DNA of 64,000 bases from an uncultured Chloroflexia bacterium (GCA_963828165.1 CAWHDR010000001.1:2432001-2496000); one strand, 5' to 3'. Positions 14,057-27,221 are shown, numbered from the stretch's first letter. Made by a program: numbers and translations. Notes: generated by a model from the letters alone, not told the origin.

Positions 14057-17000
14057 ATGACTCGTCATCGTCTCGTGGCGGCCGTTGTCGCCCTGTTTCT
14101 GGTCGTCGCCCAGGTGGCCACGGTGGCCGCAGCCCCCGGGCAGGGGAACAGAGGCGAACGCAACGGCAACGCGGCCCCGATCGACAAGGAGCTCCAGCGC
14201 GCCCTGAAAGCAGGCACCGCGACGGAGATCGTCGTCGAATTCGACGCCCAGGCGAGCCTGAATGCCGCCAGGAAGGTCAAGGATCGAGAGAAGCGTGGCA
14301 ACGCCGTGGTCAAATCCCTCAAGACGACCGCCGCCACAGCCCAGAGGACGGCCCGCGCAACGGTTGCCAAGACCAAAGGCGCGACGGCCACCTCCTACTG
14401 GCTGGTCAACGTCCTCGTGGTCGAGGGCGACGCCAAGACCCTCGACAAGGTCGCGAAGCAGCTCGCGAAGCAGCCGGGCGTCAGCAGCATCCGCGCCCCG
14501 CAGATCTACCCCCTCGTCAAGCCGGTCGAGACCAGCGTCGCGATCCTCGCGGCCATCGGCGACCCGGAATGGGGCGTCGAGAAGATCCGGGCGGACGAGG
14601 CCTGGGTCGACGGCATCCTGGGCCAGGGAATCGTCGTCGCCAACGTCGACACGGGCGCCGACTTCACCCACCCGGCCCTGATCGAGCAGTACCGCGGCAA
14701 CCTCGGCGGCGGCGACTTCGACCACAACTACAACTGGTGGGACCCGAGCGGCATCTGCGGCGATGAGCCGTGCGACAACGTCGGCCACGGCACGCACACG
14801 ATGGGCACGATGGTCGGCGGTGACGGCCCGGGGCCATTCACGCCCGACACGGGTGTCGCACCAGGCGCCCAGTGGATGGCAGCCAAGGGCTGCGAAGACC
14901 TCGGCTGCAGCGACATCGCGCTGCTGTCCGCGGGCCAATTCATCCTGGAGCCGACCGATCTCGCCGGCGAGAATCCCGACGGCTCCAAGCGCCCCGATAT
15001 CGTGAACAACTCCTGGGGCGGAGGTCCCGGCAGCACGTTCTATCTCGAGATCGTCCAGGCCTGGCGCACCGCCGGGATCATCCCGGTGTTCTCGTCCGGC
15101 AATCCCGGGCCGTTCTGCGGCGAGGGCGGCTCGCCCGGCGACTTCCTCGAGTCGTTCAGCGCCGGGGCCACCGACGTCAACGACGAGATCGCCGAGTTCT
15201 CGGGCCGCGGCCCATCTGCGTTCGGCAAGATCAACCCGGACGTCTCGGCCCCCGGCGTGGAGGTCATCTCGAGCGTGCCCGGTGGCGGTTACGAGGCCTT
15301 CTCCGGTACGTCCATGGCCGCCCCCCACGTCGCGGGCACCCTCGCCCTGATGCTGTCGGCGGAGCCCGCGCTGCGTGGCGACTTCACGGCCGCGACCGAC
15401 GCCCTGCGCGCCACCGCCGTCGATCGCATCGACGAGAGCTGCGGCGGCGACGAGGACGGCGACCCCAACAACGTCTACGGCGAAGGCCGCATCGACGCCA
15501 AGGCCGCAGTCGATCTCGTCGCGACCGGCGGCACGCTCGCCGGCACGATCACGGATTCCGCGACCGACGCGCCCATCGCCGGTGCCCGAATCACCGCGAA
15601 TGACGGCGATCGCGACTTCACCGCCGTCACCGACGAGAACGGCGACTACGACCTCTTCCTCGCCGCCGGCACGTACCTCGTGACCGCGGAGGCGTTCGGG
15701 TACTTCGGTGACTTTGCGTCCGGCGTCGAGATCGTCACCGACGAGACCACGGACCAGGACTTCTCGCTCGTGCTCCTGCCGCGGTTCATCGTGAGCGGCA
15801 CGATCACGTCGGCCGAGAACGGCTCGCCCATCGCCGGCGCCCACGTGACGGCGGTCGGCACGCCGGTCCCGCCGGCCACGACGAATGCCAGCGGCGACTA
15901 CTCCATGGAGCTGCCGATCGGCACCTACCTGCTCCACGCGAGCGCCAACGGCTGCACCGAATCGGGCGAGGCCGAGATCGTCGGCTCCGACGAGGACGAG
16001 GTCGTCGACCAGGACTTCGTCCTCTTCCGCAAACTCGATGATTTCGGGCACGCGTGCACGGCGATCCCGTTCGACTGGGTCGACGCGACCGGTCAGTCGG
16101 CCCTGTACGGCGATGAGTTCGCCGGGCGCCTGCGACTGCCGTTCGAGTTCCCGTTCTACGACGGCGCCTACGAGCAGATCTACCTGTCCGACAACGGCTA
16201 CATGAACTTCCTGGCACCCGAGCAGTCCAACAACTTCCCGCAGTCGATCCCGTCGGCGAACCCGCCGAACGCCGCGATCTACGCGCTGTGGCAGGACCTG
16301 TACCTCGACGACGGCAGCTCGGTCGACTACGAGCTCATCGGCACTGCGCCCGACCGCGCGTTCGTCATCTCCTATTCGAACATCAAGGCGTTCGGGTCCA
16401 CGGGCACGAACGACTTCCAGGTGAAGCTGTGGGAGAGCGGCAACATCGATCTCCTGTACGGCCCGAACGCGCCCAATCCGGGTGACGGCCGCAACGCGAC
16501 CGTCGGCATCGAGGATGCCAGCGGTACCGACGCGCTCCAGCTCGGGTTCATGGAGCCGATCCTGACCCCGAACAGCGCCACCCGTATCACCGTGGTCCCG
16601 ACCGGTATCGCCACGGGCGTCGTTACCGACGCGAACGACGGCTCGCCGATCGTCGGCGCCACCGTCGAAGCGCAGCCGGGCGGACGCACCGCCGAGACCG
16701 ATGAGACCGGCACGTACCGGCTCCGGCTGCTGCCGGGCAACTACACGCTGACCGCCTCGAAGGATCCGTACGAAGCCGCCTCCAGCCCGGCCACGATCGT
16801 GGACGGGGAGGAGCTCACGGTCGACTTCTCGCTCAACGCCTCGATCGCGTCGGTCACTCCGATCGAGATCATCGAGACCGTCGACTTCGGCGCCACGACC
16901 ACCGTGCCGATCACCATCGGGAACACCGGCTCGGCGGACCTCGACCTGGGAAGCCAAGGAGCGCCTGCTCGGCGTGACCACGCCGGAGCTGCCGCCGGCC

Positions 17001-19665
17001 GTCAGCGTGACCCGCAACCCAGGTTGGGGCCCGCTCAAGGACACGGACAAGGTGCCGCTCATCGTCATCGACGACACGGCCCCGTCGCCCGTCCTGTCCC
17101 CGATCATCAGTGACCCCGCGGGCGACTCCGAAGGGCCGATCGACGTCATCTCCGTCCGGGCCGGTTCCGATGGAACGGTCCTCGCCGGGATGGCGCTCGA
17201 CTTCACGGCCGACACGCCGATCGACCAGGCCGTGGGCTACGTCTTCCTCGATATCGACCAGAACCCGGACACCGGCGTGCCGGCCGAGGCGCTCTCGGGC
17301 CTGCCGACGCAGGACGTCGGCATGGAGTACTTCATCGACCTCTTCGGGATCCACGATCCCGAGCCGGTCATCTTCATCGTGGACGTCGAAACCTTCGAAG
17401 CCGTCGCTGTGCCCGCCACGGTCGACGGTCAGTCGCTCATCTTCGACATCCCGCTCGACGCCATCGGCGGCGATGACGGGAACATCAACACCGCCATGGT
17501 GTTGGGCGACTTCAACTTCCCGTACGACTGGGCCCCGGACGAGGGCCACGGCACGATCGAGCCCTTCTCCGACCTCCCGTGGATCGTCACGGAGCCGGAG
17601 TCCGGCACCGTCGCGCCCGGTGACTCGCAAGTCGCCCAGGTGACGCTCGGTGGGGCAGGGCTCGCGCCCGGCAACTACCAGGCGCTCGTCGTGCTCGTCA
17701 CCAACGACCCGAAGACGCCGCAAGTGCCCATCGCGATCGACCTGACGGTGCTGATGCCTGAGGAATTCGGGGTCATCACCGGCACGGTCACCGATGCCCA
17801 CAGCGGCGAGCCACTCCCCGGCGTGAGCGTCTCGGTCGCGTCCGAGTGGCCGGCTGGGACACCGCTCGAGCTCACGGCCACCACCGGCGACGACGGGACC
17901 TACAGCCTCGTCGGGCCGGAAGGCACGTGGCCCGCCACGTACAGCCTCGATGGCTACCTGTCCGTGACCAGCGACGTCACGATCGTTCGTGGCGTCTCCT
18001 CGGGCGGCAGGGATGCCGCCCTCCATCGCATCCAGCCACACGCCGTCCTCGACGGCGAGATCCCGGTCTTCGTCCTGACCCCGGGTCGCACCGCCTCGGC
18101 CACGATCGGGCTCGGCAACCCGGATGGGCACGCCGACCTGGAGGTCGAGATCGGTGAGGTCGACCTGGGTGGGCCGTCGTCCGCGGCCTCGATCCCTGCC
18201 TCCACGACCAAGGTCAAGCTGCCGGCGGGCGTGGACCGCAACGCCAAGTCCACCCGTGGCTTCGGGACCGCGGCGAAGGGCCTCGCGGTGCCGCCGCGCA
18301 TCGCGGCCGAGGGCGATGTCATCGCCTCGTGGCCGACCGGCATGACCAATCCGTGGGGTGTCGGCTATGACGGTGGCGTCTGGCTCTCCGACTTCGAGGA
18401 CATCATCGACGTCCACTTCAGCACCGACGGTGAGCGCGGCGACCAGTTCGACATCCCCTCAGTAGGGGAGTGGGGTGCCGACATCGCCTTCGACACCGAA
18501 CGCAACCTCATCTGGCAGGTCGCGGTCGGCGGCGACAACGGGATCTACGGCATCGATCCGAGCGACGGCTCGATCGAGCAGGTGATCACCGGTTCGCCGT
18601 GGAGCAACATCAGCCAGCGCGGCCTCGCCTACGATCCGGGCACCGACGTGTTCTACATCGGCGGCTGGAACGAAGGCATCGTCTACAAGGTCGCCGGCCC
18701 CTCGTGGCCGACGCCCGGGGAGACGCTGAACCAGTGCAGCCCGCCGGACTTCCCGATCTCCGGGCTCGCCTTCAACCGCTCCTTCGGGATGCTCTGGGAG
18801 GCGACCAACTCCGAAGCCAACACCATCTGGCTGCTCGATCCGCTGACCTGCGAGGCCAGCGTCGGCATCCCGCATCCCGACGGCGACGGCAACGGCGCCG
18901 GCCTGGAGCTCGATGCCGTGGGCAACCTCTGGACGGTCGGCCAGTTCACCCAGAACGCCTACCTCATCGAGTCCGGCCTGCCGACCTTCAGCGACGTGCC
19001 GTGGCTGACCGTCTCGCCGACGGAAGCGACGATCGCCCCTGATGGGTCGATCGACATCGACATCGCGGTCGATTCGACGGGTCTGGAGCCTGGTGTCTAC
19101 CGGGCGCTCGTCGTGATCCTGACCAATGACCCCGACAACTCCACGATCCAGCTGCCGGTCACGCTCGTCGTGCCGACCTACCAGCAGGGCATCGACGCGG
19201 GTGGCGGGGCCGATACCAACTCGAACGGCGACGTGTTCGCCGCCGATCGTCCATTCGGGTCCGGCCCGTATGGCTACCTCGGGTCGAGCTCGGCCAAGAG
19301 CACCAATGCACCGATCGCCGGGACCGTGGACGACAGCCTGTATCAGGAGCGCCGCGTCGGGATGTCGAGCTATCGGTTCGCCGTGCCTGACGGCACGTAC
19401 CAGGTCGACCTGCTCTTCGCGGAGATCGACAACGTGAAGGCCGGTGGCCGCAAGTTCGATGTGAGCATCGAGGGTGAGCTCGTGCTGCCCAAGCCTCGAC
19501 GTGTTCGCCGCCGCGGGCGGCAAGAACATCGCCCTCGAGCGTTCGTTCGTCGTGAGCGTCGATGACGGGCTGCTCGATATCGCCTTCGACGCCCAACGGG
19601 GCGACAAGCCGATCGTCAACGCGATCCTCGTGACGGGCCTGCCGGAGGGCGCACCCGGGACGTGA
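14057..19665 (+). CDS. large secreted S8 subtilase (bacillopeptidase F-like) with carboxypeptidase-regulatory-like repeats and C-terminal malectin-like domain; frameshifts near 16950 and 19490
   Basis: Signal peptide; catalytic triad ANVDTG / GHGTHTMG / GTSMAAPH; repeated GTITD..PIAGA.V modules; C-terminal YQVDLLFAEI...RKFDVSIEG...PIVNAILV malectin pattern. Confidence 0.88.
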
Positions 19666-19691
19666 TCGTCGCCACCAACCCGTAACGCAAC

Positions 19692-19722
19692 GAGCCGGCG
19701 GCGCCCTTCAGCCCGCCGGCTC
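19692..19722 (+). terminator. putative intrinsic terminator hairpin
   Basis: GAGCCGGCGG...CCGCCGGCTC 10-bp stem downstream of the S8 stop. Confidence 0.5.
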
Positions 19723-19891
19723 CTTCGTGCCAGTGGCGCCACGACGTCCGGGCCGCCGTGATGTCACTCTGAGTGACGCCCGCCGAACGAAGCAGCGGGG
19801 CTGCCGTCAAGAATCGGTGGAATCTGGAACAACTCGGGATCACACACGCTCGTTCATCGCGGACGCGCTACTGACCGTGACTCGGATCGCG

Positions 19892-20380
19892 TCAGCCCGC
19901 GGGCAGGACTCGGACGATGCCGACCATGCCGTAAGCCTCATGGCCTGGCAGGTGGCAGATGAAGCGGTACTCCCCGGGGTCCTGGAACGTGACGGTGGTC
20001 GTCCTGGATGTGCCCGCCGGCACGGAGACCTCGGTCGGGCGACGCCCGTGATCGGGTTCGGTGCCGGTTCGGTGGCGCTCGTGGAACGCGTCGTCGCCGA
20101 CGAGCCACTCGTGGTCGATGGGGTCGGCATTGACCAGCACGAACGTGAACGGGACGCCGGCCGTGGCGACCACCTCGGTCGTGCTGAATGCCGAGTACCG
20201 CATGCGGATCTCGGCACGGCCGTCATCCAGCCCCGGCGCCTTCACCCAGGCCGCCGCGATCCCGGCGAGACCGAGGGACAGGGCGATGCCGCCGACCAGG
20301 GCGAGGCGCCCCGGCCGGCGGCGTGAGGATCGGGTGCCGGCCGGCGCCCCAACGCCGGCCGGACCCAGGGATCGATTCAT
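19892..20380 (-). CDS. cupredoxin/plastocyanin-like copper-binding protein
   Basis: N-terminal hydrophobic segment; IDHEW and CHLPGHEAYGM type-1 copper ligands. Confidence 0.82.
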   Translation of the reverse strand: MNRSLGPAGVGAPAGTRSSRRRPGRLALVGGIALSLGLAGIAAAWVKAPGLDDGRAEIRMRYSAFSTTEVVATAGVPFTFVLVNADPIDHEWLVGDDAFHERHRTGTEPDHGRRPTEVSVPAGTSRTTTVTFQDPGEYRFICHLPGHEAYGMVGIVRVLPAG

Positions 20381-20395
20381 GCGGGATGCATGCCA

Positions 20396-21440
20396 CTACC
20401 CGACGGTCGACGCGTGACCAGCACGATGAGCGCACCGAGCGTGCCGATGACGAACATCATCGTCCCGAGCGTGCGGAGCATCGCCGGCCCCGTCGGGTCG
20501 TTGGCACCCGGCAGGTCGAGTCCGGCGGCGACGCGGGACGGCGCATCCGGCACCGGAGGCGTCGATCGCCAGGTCGTACCCGAACTGGGCGGCCTCGCCG
20601 TCGAGCGCGACCTTGGACAGCCACGCATGCTGGGGCACCCATTCCATGCCGCGGTCGGACCGAAGGTCGGCCAGGAGCGACTCGGACGCGGGCTGGCTGT
20701 AGTCGAGCGACATGCCGTTGAAGCCGTCCGGCGCGGGCAGCATCGCGGGCTTCAGGTCGTTCAGGAGGTACACGTCGGCCTCGACGACTTCGGTCCCACC
20801 CTTGCCGAGGGCCAGGATGCGCAGCGGCACCCAGGGGTTCTCGGTCGGGATCGTGATGTGGACCGGCGTGCCGTCGCCGACGTTCTGGCCACGTGCCGCG
20901 GCCGCTTCGCCATCGAAGGCGGCAGCCAGGAAGATCTCGCTGCGGGCCGCGTAGAACTCGAGCACCTCGGGCGCGTCCGGCGGGAGGCGGAAGCCGTGGT
21001 CCTTGGCCCACACGCCGACCTCGTCGGCGCCGCCGCGCAGGACCGTGATGTCGAGCGCGTCGATCGTGACTTCCATGAGGACCTCGGCGGAGGCCGGCGG
21101 CCGCCGCGGCCGACAGGAGATCGAAGCTGAGCGCTCGCTGGACCGGGTCGGTCTCGAGGCGCAGCCGCTGGAGCGTCCAGTCGCCGCCCTTCTCGACACT
21201 CGTCGGTACCCCGGGGAGTGGCGTGAGACTGCCGAAGGCGCCACCGCCACCGGCGAACTCGAACGAGGTGATGTAGTGCTCCACCCCGTCGTGGTATCCG
21301 GCGAACGTCGTCGTCCGGAGCAGATTGACGGCCCCATTGGGACCGATGAGCCCGCCGCAGGCCAGAGCGGGGGCCGCAGTCACCGCGACCAGGAGGAGTC
21401 CGGCGATCAGGGCGCCGCCGGCTCGGTTGATCGAACGCAT
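20396..21440 (-). CDS. DUF2330-like exported protein (frameshifted)
   Basis: Signal peptide ending ALA-CGG, then GYHDGVEHYITSFEF...; ends in a probable C-terminal membrane anchor in another frame. Family call is from recalled sequence pattern. Confidence 0.6.
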
Positions 21441-21600
21441 CGTCGATCCTCCTGTCGGTCGGCCGGTCCCGTCGTCGGGCCGGTCCGTCGGCGGGTAGAG
21501 ACTGCCGGGCGGCGCGAGATGTTCCGCCCGCACGGGTCCCGGTGCCCCGTGGCACCATCGCGCCATGGCCACCACGGAACGGGGAGCTGACACTCCCCGC

Positions 21601-23214
21601 ATGCTCCACCGACTCGCGCCCCTCGGTTTCGCCGCGCTCCTCGCCGTGTCGGCGGTCGTCTCGGCTCCCGCCGCGGCCCCGGTCGCCGCCGCGGACTTCC
21701 CCGCGAAGGACTCCCGCTACCACACGTACGCGGAGATGGTCGCGGAACTGAACAAGGCCGTCGCCGACCACCCGGCGATCGTCAAGAAGTTCTCGATCGG
21801 CAAGAGCCACCAGGGCCGCGAGATCTGGGCCGCGAAGATCTCCGACCACGTGGGGACCGACGAGATCGGAGCCCGAGCTCCTCTTCGATGGCCTCCACCA
21901 CGCCCGCGAACACCTGTCGGTCGGAGCAGACCCTCGCGATCCTGCGCTGGCTGACCGACGGCTACGGCACGAGCGAGCGAGCCACGAACATCGTCAACAG
22001 CCGCGAGATCTTCATCATCTTCATGGTCAATCCCGACGGCGGCGAGTACGACCTGACCGGCTCGCCATATCGAGCCTGGCGCAAGAACCGCCAGCCCAAC
22101 GCCGGCAGCTCGTACGTCGGCACGGACCTCAACCGCAATTACGACTATCGATGGGGCTGCTGCGGCGGCTCATCGGGCTCCAAGTCCGCGCTCACGTACC
22201 GCGGCCCCAAGGCGTTCTCGGCGCCCGAGACGCGGGCGGTCCGCGACTTCATCAAGAGCCGAGTCGTCGGCTCGCGGCAGCAGATCCGCGCGGCCATCAC
22301 GTTCCACACGGCGGGCCAGGAGATCCTCTGGCCGTACGGCTACACCCAGACCGACATCCCCGCCGACATGAGCGCCGACGACCACGCCGCGCTCCGGGCG
22401 CTCGGCATCAAGATGGCCAGCAAGAACGGCTACACGCCCAAGCAATCGAGCAGCCTGTACGTCACCGACGGCGACGAGATCGACTACGCCTACGGCCGCC
22501 ACCGGATCTTCATGTACACGTTCGAGATGTACCCGAGCCATGCGCAGGTCAGCTCGACCGCTCGCTTCTACCCGCCCGACGAGCAGATCGTGCCGCAGAC
22601 CGACCGCAACAAGGACGCCATCTACTACCTGATGGAGTCGGCCGGCTGCCTCTACGCGCTCGTCGGCAAGCGCACGACCCACTGTGGGGCGCTACAACGA
22701 GGACTTCGAGATCTCGCGCGGCTGGAAGGCGGACCCGCTCGGCACGGACACGATCAGCGGCGGCGCCTGGCAGCGGGGCAATCCGTCGACGACCACGTAT
22801 CAGGCCGGGACCGTCCGGTCGGGATCCATGGCGCTGGTCACCGGTGCGTCGGCCGGGACATCCGCGAACTCGTACGACATCGACGGCGGACCGACCACGA
22901 TCCGCTCGCCCGAGATCAAGCTGCCGTCGACCGTGGGCAACCTCGTGTTCCGCTACTACCTGGCCCATGCCTCGAACTCGTCGTCCGCGGACGTGTTCCG
23001 CGCGTATGTCGAGGCCGCGGACGGGACGCGAACGCTCGTCCGCGAGGAACGCGGCGCCGCGAACAAGGACACGCCGGCGTGGACCCTCGCCACGATCCCG
23101 ATGACGCCGTGGGCCGGGCAGACGGTCCGGATCGTGTTCCTGGCGCAGGACCGGGGTACGGCCTCGACCGTCGAGGCGGCCGTGGACGACGTCCGGATCA
23201 CGCGACCGGAGTAG
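21601..23214 (+). CDS. secreted M14 zinc carboxypeptidase (carboxypeptidase T-like) with C-terminal beta domain; several frameshifts
   Basis: Signal peptide; [39 protein letters not shown]. Confidence 0.88.
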
Positions 23215-23224
23215 GGGCGGCGGC

Positions 23225-24468
23225 TCAGGCGGAGGTCAGCGGCAGGCTGGCACGGAACGTGGTGCCGGCGCTCCCCGTGGCCTCGACCTCGAGCGTGCCG
23301 CCGTGCGCGGCCACGAGGTGGCGCGCGATCGCGAGGCCCAATCCCGAACCGCCCGAACCCGCGCCCTTCACGAATCGATCGAAGACGTGCGGGAGCACGG
23401 CCGGGTCGATGCCCGAGCCCGAATCCGCGACCCTGCAGCACGAGCCGGTCGCCCGCGACCTCGCCGCGGATCACGACCGTGCCGCCGGCCGGCGTGTGCC
23501 GGATCGCGTTCGCGACGAGATTGGCGAGTACCTCCCGGAGCCGAACCGGATCCACGTCGAGGATCGGCAGGTCGTCCCCGACCTCGGCCGTGACGGTCAC
23601 CCCGGCCGTACCTGCCGCGCCTTCGAACGACCGCACGACCTCGGCGATCAGCACGTCCGGGTCGGTCGGTTCCCGATGCAGGGTGAGCGTGCCGGCCTCC
23701 GACAGTGCCACCGTCCGGAGGTCGTCGATGAGCCGCTCCATGACCCGGGTCTCGTCGAGGATCGCGCCCAGGCGGGCCTCGTCGATCGGGTGGACGCCGT
23801 CGATCATCGCCTCGAGGTTGCCCGAGATCACGGTCAGCGGCGTCCGAAGCTCGTGGCTCACGTCGGCGAGCAACGAGCGACGCTGCTGCTCGTCGACTTC
23901 GAGCCGCTCGACCATCGTGTCGAAGCCGCGGACGAGCTGGCGGACCGGACGGAAGCCGCCTTCAGGCACGTCGACGCGGACCGAATAGTCGCCGTCCTCG
24001 ACCCGCCGGGTCGCATCGACGAGCGAGTCGAGCGTCGCGGCATTCCGTCGCAGCCCTCGACCCAGGCTGATGATGGCGACCACGGCCACGAGGACCACGA
24101 TGATCGCGGGTCCTGGACCGCCATGGGTCACGATCGTGCTCAAGATCGTCCCGATGACGGTGAGGACGACCACGACGAACACGAGGAAGATCAGGCCGAA
24201 GAGACAGCCGAAACCGCGTCCACGGCGGCCACCCTGCCACGGGCCGTCCCCGCCCGGTCCCCATGGCGGACCGCCGCGCGCCCACGGCGGACCCTGACCC
24301 GGCCCCCAGCCTCGGCCGCCGTCGGCGCGTCGCTGGGCCGCCCACTGTTCCCACAGCTCGCGACTCCGCCTGGCGGTCGCCTCGCCGGTCGATCGGCGCC
24401 GACGGCGTCGCGCCGTCGCCGGGGCTCGCCGCGGCCTGGCCGCGCTCGTCGTCGCGCCGTGTCGTCAT
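23225..24468 (-). CDS. sensor histidine kinase (HAMP, BaeS-like), frameshifted
   Basis: Two TM helices, [30 protein letters not shown]; start overlaps the response-regulator stop (ATGA). Confidence 0.88.
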
Positions 24469-25179
24469 GCGTCCGTCGCCCGGTCGTCGGCGAGTCGATA
24501 GCCCACGCCGTAGACCGTGAGGACGTAGCGAGGCTGGCGCGGCTCGGGCTCGAGCTTGCGGCGCAGGTTCTTGACGTGCGAGTCGATCGCCCGCTCGTAG
24601 CTCTCGAACGCGACCCCGTGCAGCGCGTCGAGCAGCTGCGACCGCGTGAAGATGCGGCCGGGCTGGCGGGCGAGGGTCGCGAGGAGCGTGAACTCGGTCG
24701 GGGTGAGGTCGACGGTCCGGCCGGCCACCTCGGTCCGCATCCGCGGCACGTCCAGGGTCAGCGTCGCCGACCGTGATGACGTCGCCGGCCCCGACCGGGC
24801 GATCGGCACGACGCAGGACCGCCCGCACGCGCGCGACGAGCTCGCGCGGCGAGAACGGCTTGGTGAGGTAGTCGTCGGCGCCGAGCTCGAGGCCGAGCAG
24901 CTTGTCGAGCTCGTCGTCCCGCGCGGTCAACATCACGATCGGGAGGGCCGCGGTGCGCTCCGCGGTCCGGAGCTGGCGGGTGATGTCGAGCCCATCGAGC
25001 CCCGGCAGGCCGAGATCGAGGACCACGAGATCCGGGTTGCGCGTGCGGGCCAGCGCGAGGGCCGCGGGGCCGTCGGACGCCGTCAGCACGGCGAAACCCG
25101 CGTGCTCGAGGTAGTCGCGGGCGAGCTCGACGATCCGCGGCTCGTCGTCGACGACGAGGATGGTCTTCTGCGTGGTCAT
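24465..25179 (-). CDS. OmpR-family response regulator (frameshift near 24770)
   Basis: [23 protein letters not shown]; winged-helix LTPTEF...[12 protein letters not shown]...TVYGVGY. Confidence 0.92.
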
Positions 25180-25278
25180 CGGTCGCATCCTACGCGGGGG
25201 GAGGGGAGTGGCTGGGACGTACGCAGGCTCCGGCCCGGAGATCCGGGGCCGGAGCCGCTACGCCATGGGCCGTCCGGG

Positions 25279-25779
25279 TCAGGCGCCCGGGGTGCCGGTC
25301 GATGGCCGGTCGGTCGCCGACCCGCCGCCGGACTCGCCGGGGTTGTCGCGGTGCCACGAGTCGTGGAGCTCGCGGGCCTGGCGTTCCCAGGGGCGGTCGC
25401 CGTCGTGCTCGTGGTTGCCCCAGCCGCCTCGGCCGCCCGGGCCACCCGGGCCACCGCGGTAGCCCCAGCCGCCCGGTCCGCCCCAACCGCGACCGGCGCC
25501 GAACGCCGCTCGCAGCAGCCCGATGAACAGGAAGAGGATGAAGATCCCGAACAGGATCCCGAAGATCCCGGGGCCGCCGTGCCAGCCGAACCCGTAGCCG
25601 GGGCCGTAGCCATACCCGTAACCGGGGACGACCGGGGTGACGACCGTGCCGGCCGGTGCGCTCGCGGCGGCCGTGTTGACCGCCACCTGGACGCCGGTCT
25701 GGTAGGCGACGCTGGCGACGATGCTCCCTCCGACGAGCAGCGCGGCGATGACCAGGAATGCGATGAAGAACTGACGCAT
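25279..25779 (-). CDS. Gly-rich membrane protein upstream of the two-component system
   Basis: GGAGG RBS; two hydrophobic segments, GYGYG/GGPGG tracts, ELHDSWH C-terminus. Confidence 0.72.
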   Translation of the reverse strand: MRQFFIAFLVIAALLVGGSIVASVAYQTGVQVAVNTAAASAPAGTVVTPVVPGYGYGYGPGYGFGWHGGPGIFGILFGIFILFLFIGLLRAAFGAGRGWGGPGGWGYRGGPGGPGGRGGWGNHEHDGDRPWERQARELHDSWHRDNPGESGGGSATDRPSTGTPGA

Positions 25780-26040
25780 GTCGTGCGCCTCCTTGGTGGT
25801 TCATGTCGGCCGCCCGGGGTGGGTGGCCTTCCTGACACGCATGCTCGCGTCGGAATGTGGAGCCGCGATGGAGCCGGTCGGGATGACTCGGGCAGTCGGA
25901 CGCCAGCCACGGCGACGGTGCGCGGCCGCACCGAAGACAGCTGGACAGACACATCGGCGACAAATTCGGCTTGCCGCGAAGGGCTACCCTGTCGGCACTG
26001 AACCCCCAGGCCATCGCGCATAACGGGAGGAAGCGTCTCG

Positions 26041-27030
26041 ATGCATCGATCGAAGGCCGCCGTTGCGGCTGCCCTGCTCACGGTCCTCGCCCTGCTGCCC
26101 CTTGCCGTCGCGCCGGTCGCGGCCGGCGACTCGAAGGACAAGGCGAAGGCCGAGCACGAACGGATCGTCAAGTACTGGACCGCCGAGCGGATCGCCGGCG
26201 CCAAGCCGCGCGACTTCGTCCGGACGGACCGCGGCAAGTTCGAGCCCAATGCCAAGCCCGCCAAGCCACCTCCCCCCGGTGGCGGCACGGTGACCGGCGC
26301 GTCGTGGACCGGCGGCGGACCCGTCGTCCAGCGCACCGGCAAGGTCCTCTTCACGATGGACGGCGGCAACTGGGTGTGCTCGGCATCGGCCATCTCCGAC
26401 GGTCGATCGACCCACTCGCTGATCCTGACCGCCGGACACTGCGCCTACGACGAGGTCAACGAGGCGTTCGCCACGAACTGGACGTACGTGCCCTCGTTCG
26501 ATACGGCGCCGACGTTCACGTGCGCCCAGTCGACCTTCGGTTGCTGGACCGCCGCCGGCCTCGTCGTCCACAACGGGTACGCGTCCGCGGGCGGCTTCAA
26601 CACCCAGGCCACGGTCCACGACTTCGCGTTCGCGATCGTCGGGGCGGGCGGCAAGAGCAATACCCAGCTCGATGCCCTTGGCACGTACGGCATCTCCTAC
26701 CCGGCGATCTCGACCGGTGGGAGCGTGCATTCGTTCGGCTATCCGGCCGCCGGCCGGTACAAGGGCAAGGACCTCACGTACTGCGCCGGCCCGACCTTCA
26801 ACGACAACCTCAACGGCAACCAGACCTGGGGCATCGCCTGCAACATGACCGGCGGCTCGTCCGGCGGCCCGTGGCTGGCTGGCTTCACCAACTCGGCCGG
26901 GACGGCGACGTCGCTGAACTCGTACGGCTACAGCGGGCTGAGCAACATGTACGGGCCAAAGTTCAATTCGAACACCCAGGCCGTCTTCAATCGAGCCAAC
27001 ACGACCACCGGGAACTCGATCGTCCAATAG
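26041..27030 (+). CDS. secreted trypsin-like (V8/Glu-endopeptidase-like) serine protease
   Basis: Signal peptide; CSAS, LTAGHC, DFAF, GYPA, GGSSGGPW. Confidence 0.88.
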   Translation: MHRSKAAVAAALLTVLALLPLAVAPVAAGDSKDKAKAEHERIVKYWTAERIAGAKPRDFVRTDRGKFEPNAKPAKPPPPGGGTVTGASWTGGGPVVQRTGKVLFTMDGGNWVCSASAISDGRSTHSLILTAGHCAYDEVNEAFATNWTYVPSFDTAPTFTCAQSTFGCWTAAGLVVHNGYASAGGFNTQATVHDFAFAIVGAGGKSNTQLDALGTYGISYPAISTGGSVHSFGYPAAGRYKGKDLTYCAGPTFNDNLNGNQTWGIACNMTGGSSGGPWLAGFTNSAGTATSLNSYGYSGLSNMYGPKFNSNTQAVFNRANTTTGNSIVQ

Positions 27031-27221
27031 TGAGCGACGAACCTCAGGAACCAAACCTGCCGGCTTGCCCTCTCTGCGGGAACCGCACGTTCCAGCAGGA
27101 GCAGGGCAAGCTGGACAGCGCCTGGGGCCTGACCGCGCATCGGGTCCGGATGCTCATCTGCGAGCGCTGCCAGCACGTGATGATGTTCTACGACGGCAAC
27201 ACGATCTGGGACTTCGACTGA
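27030..27221 (+). CDS. small Zn-ribbon protein
   Basis: GTG overlaps the protease stop; CPLC...CERC pair in 63 aa. Confidence 0.65.
   Translation: MSDEPQEPNLPACPLCGNRTFQQEQGKLDSAWGLTAHRVRMLICERCQHVMMFYDGNTIWDFD

Noticed and set aside
25420-25630. Short Gly-rich repeats
   Set aside because: Low-complexity coding sequence of the membrane protein.
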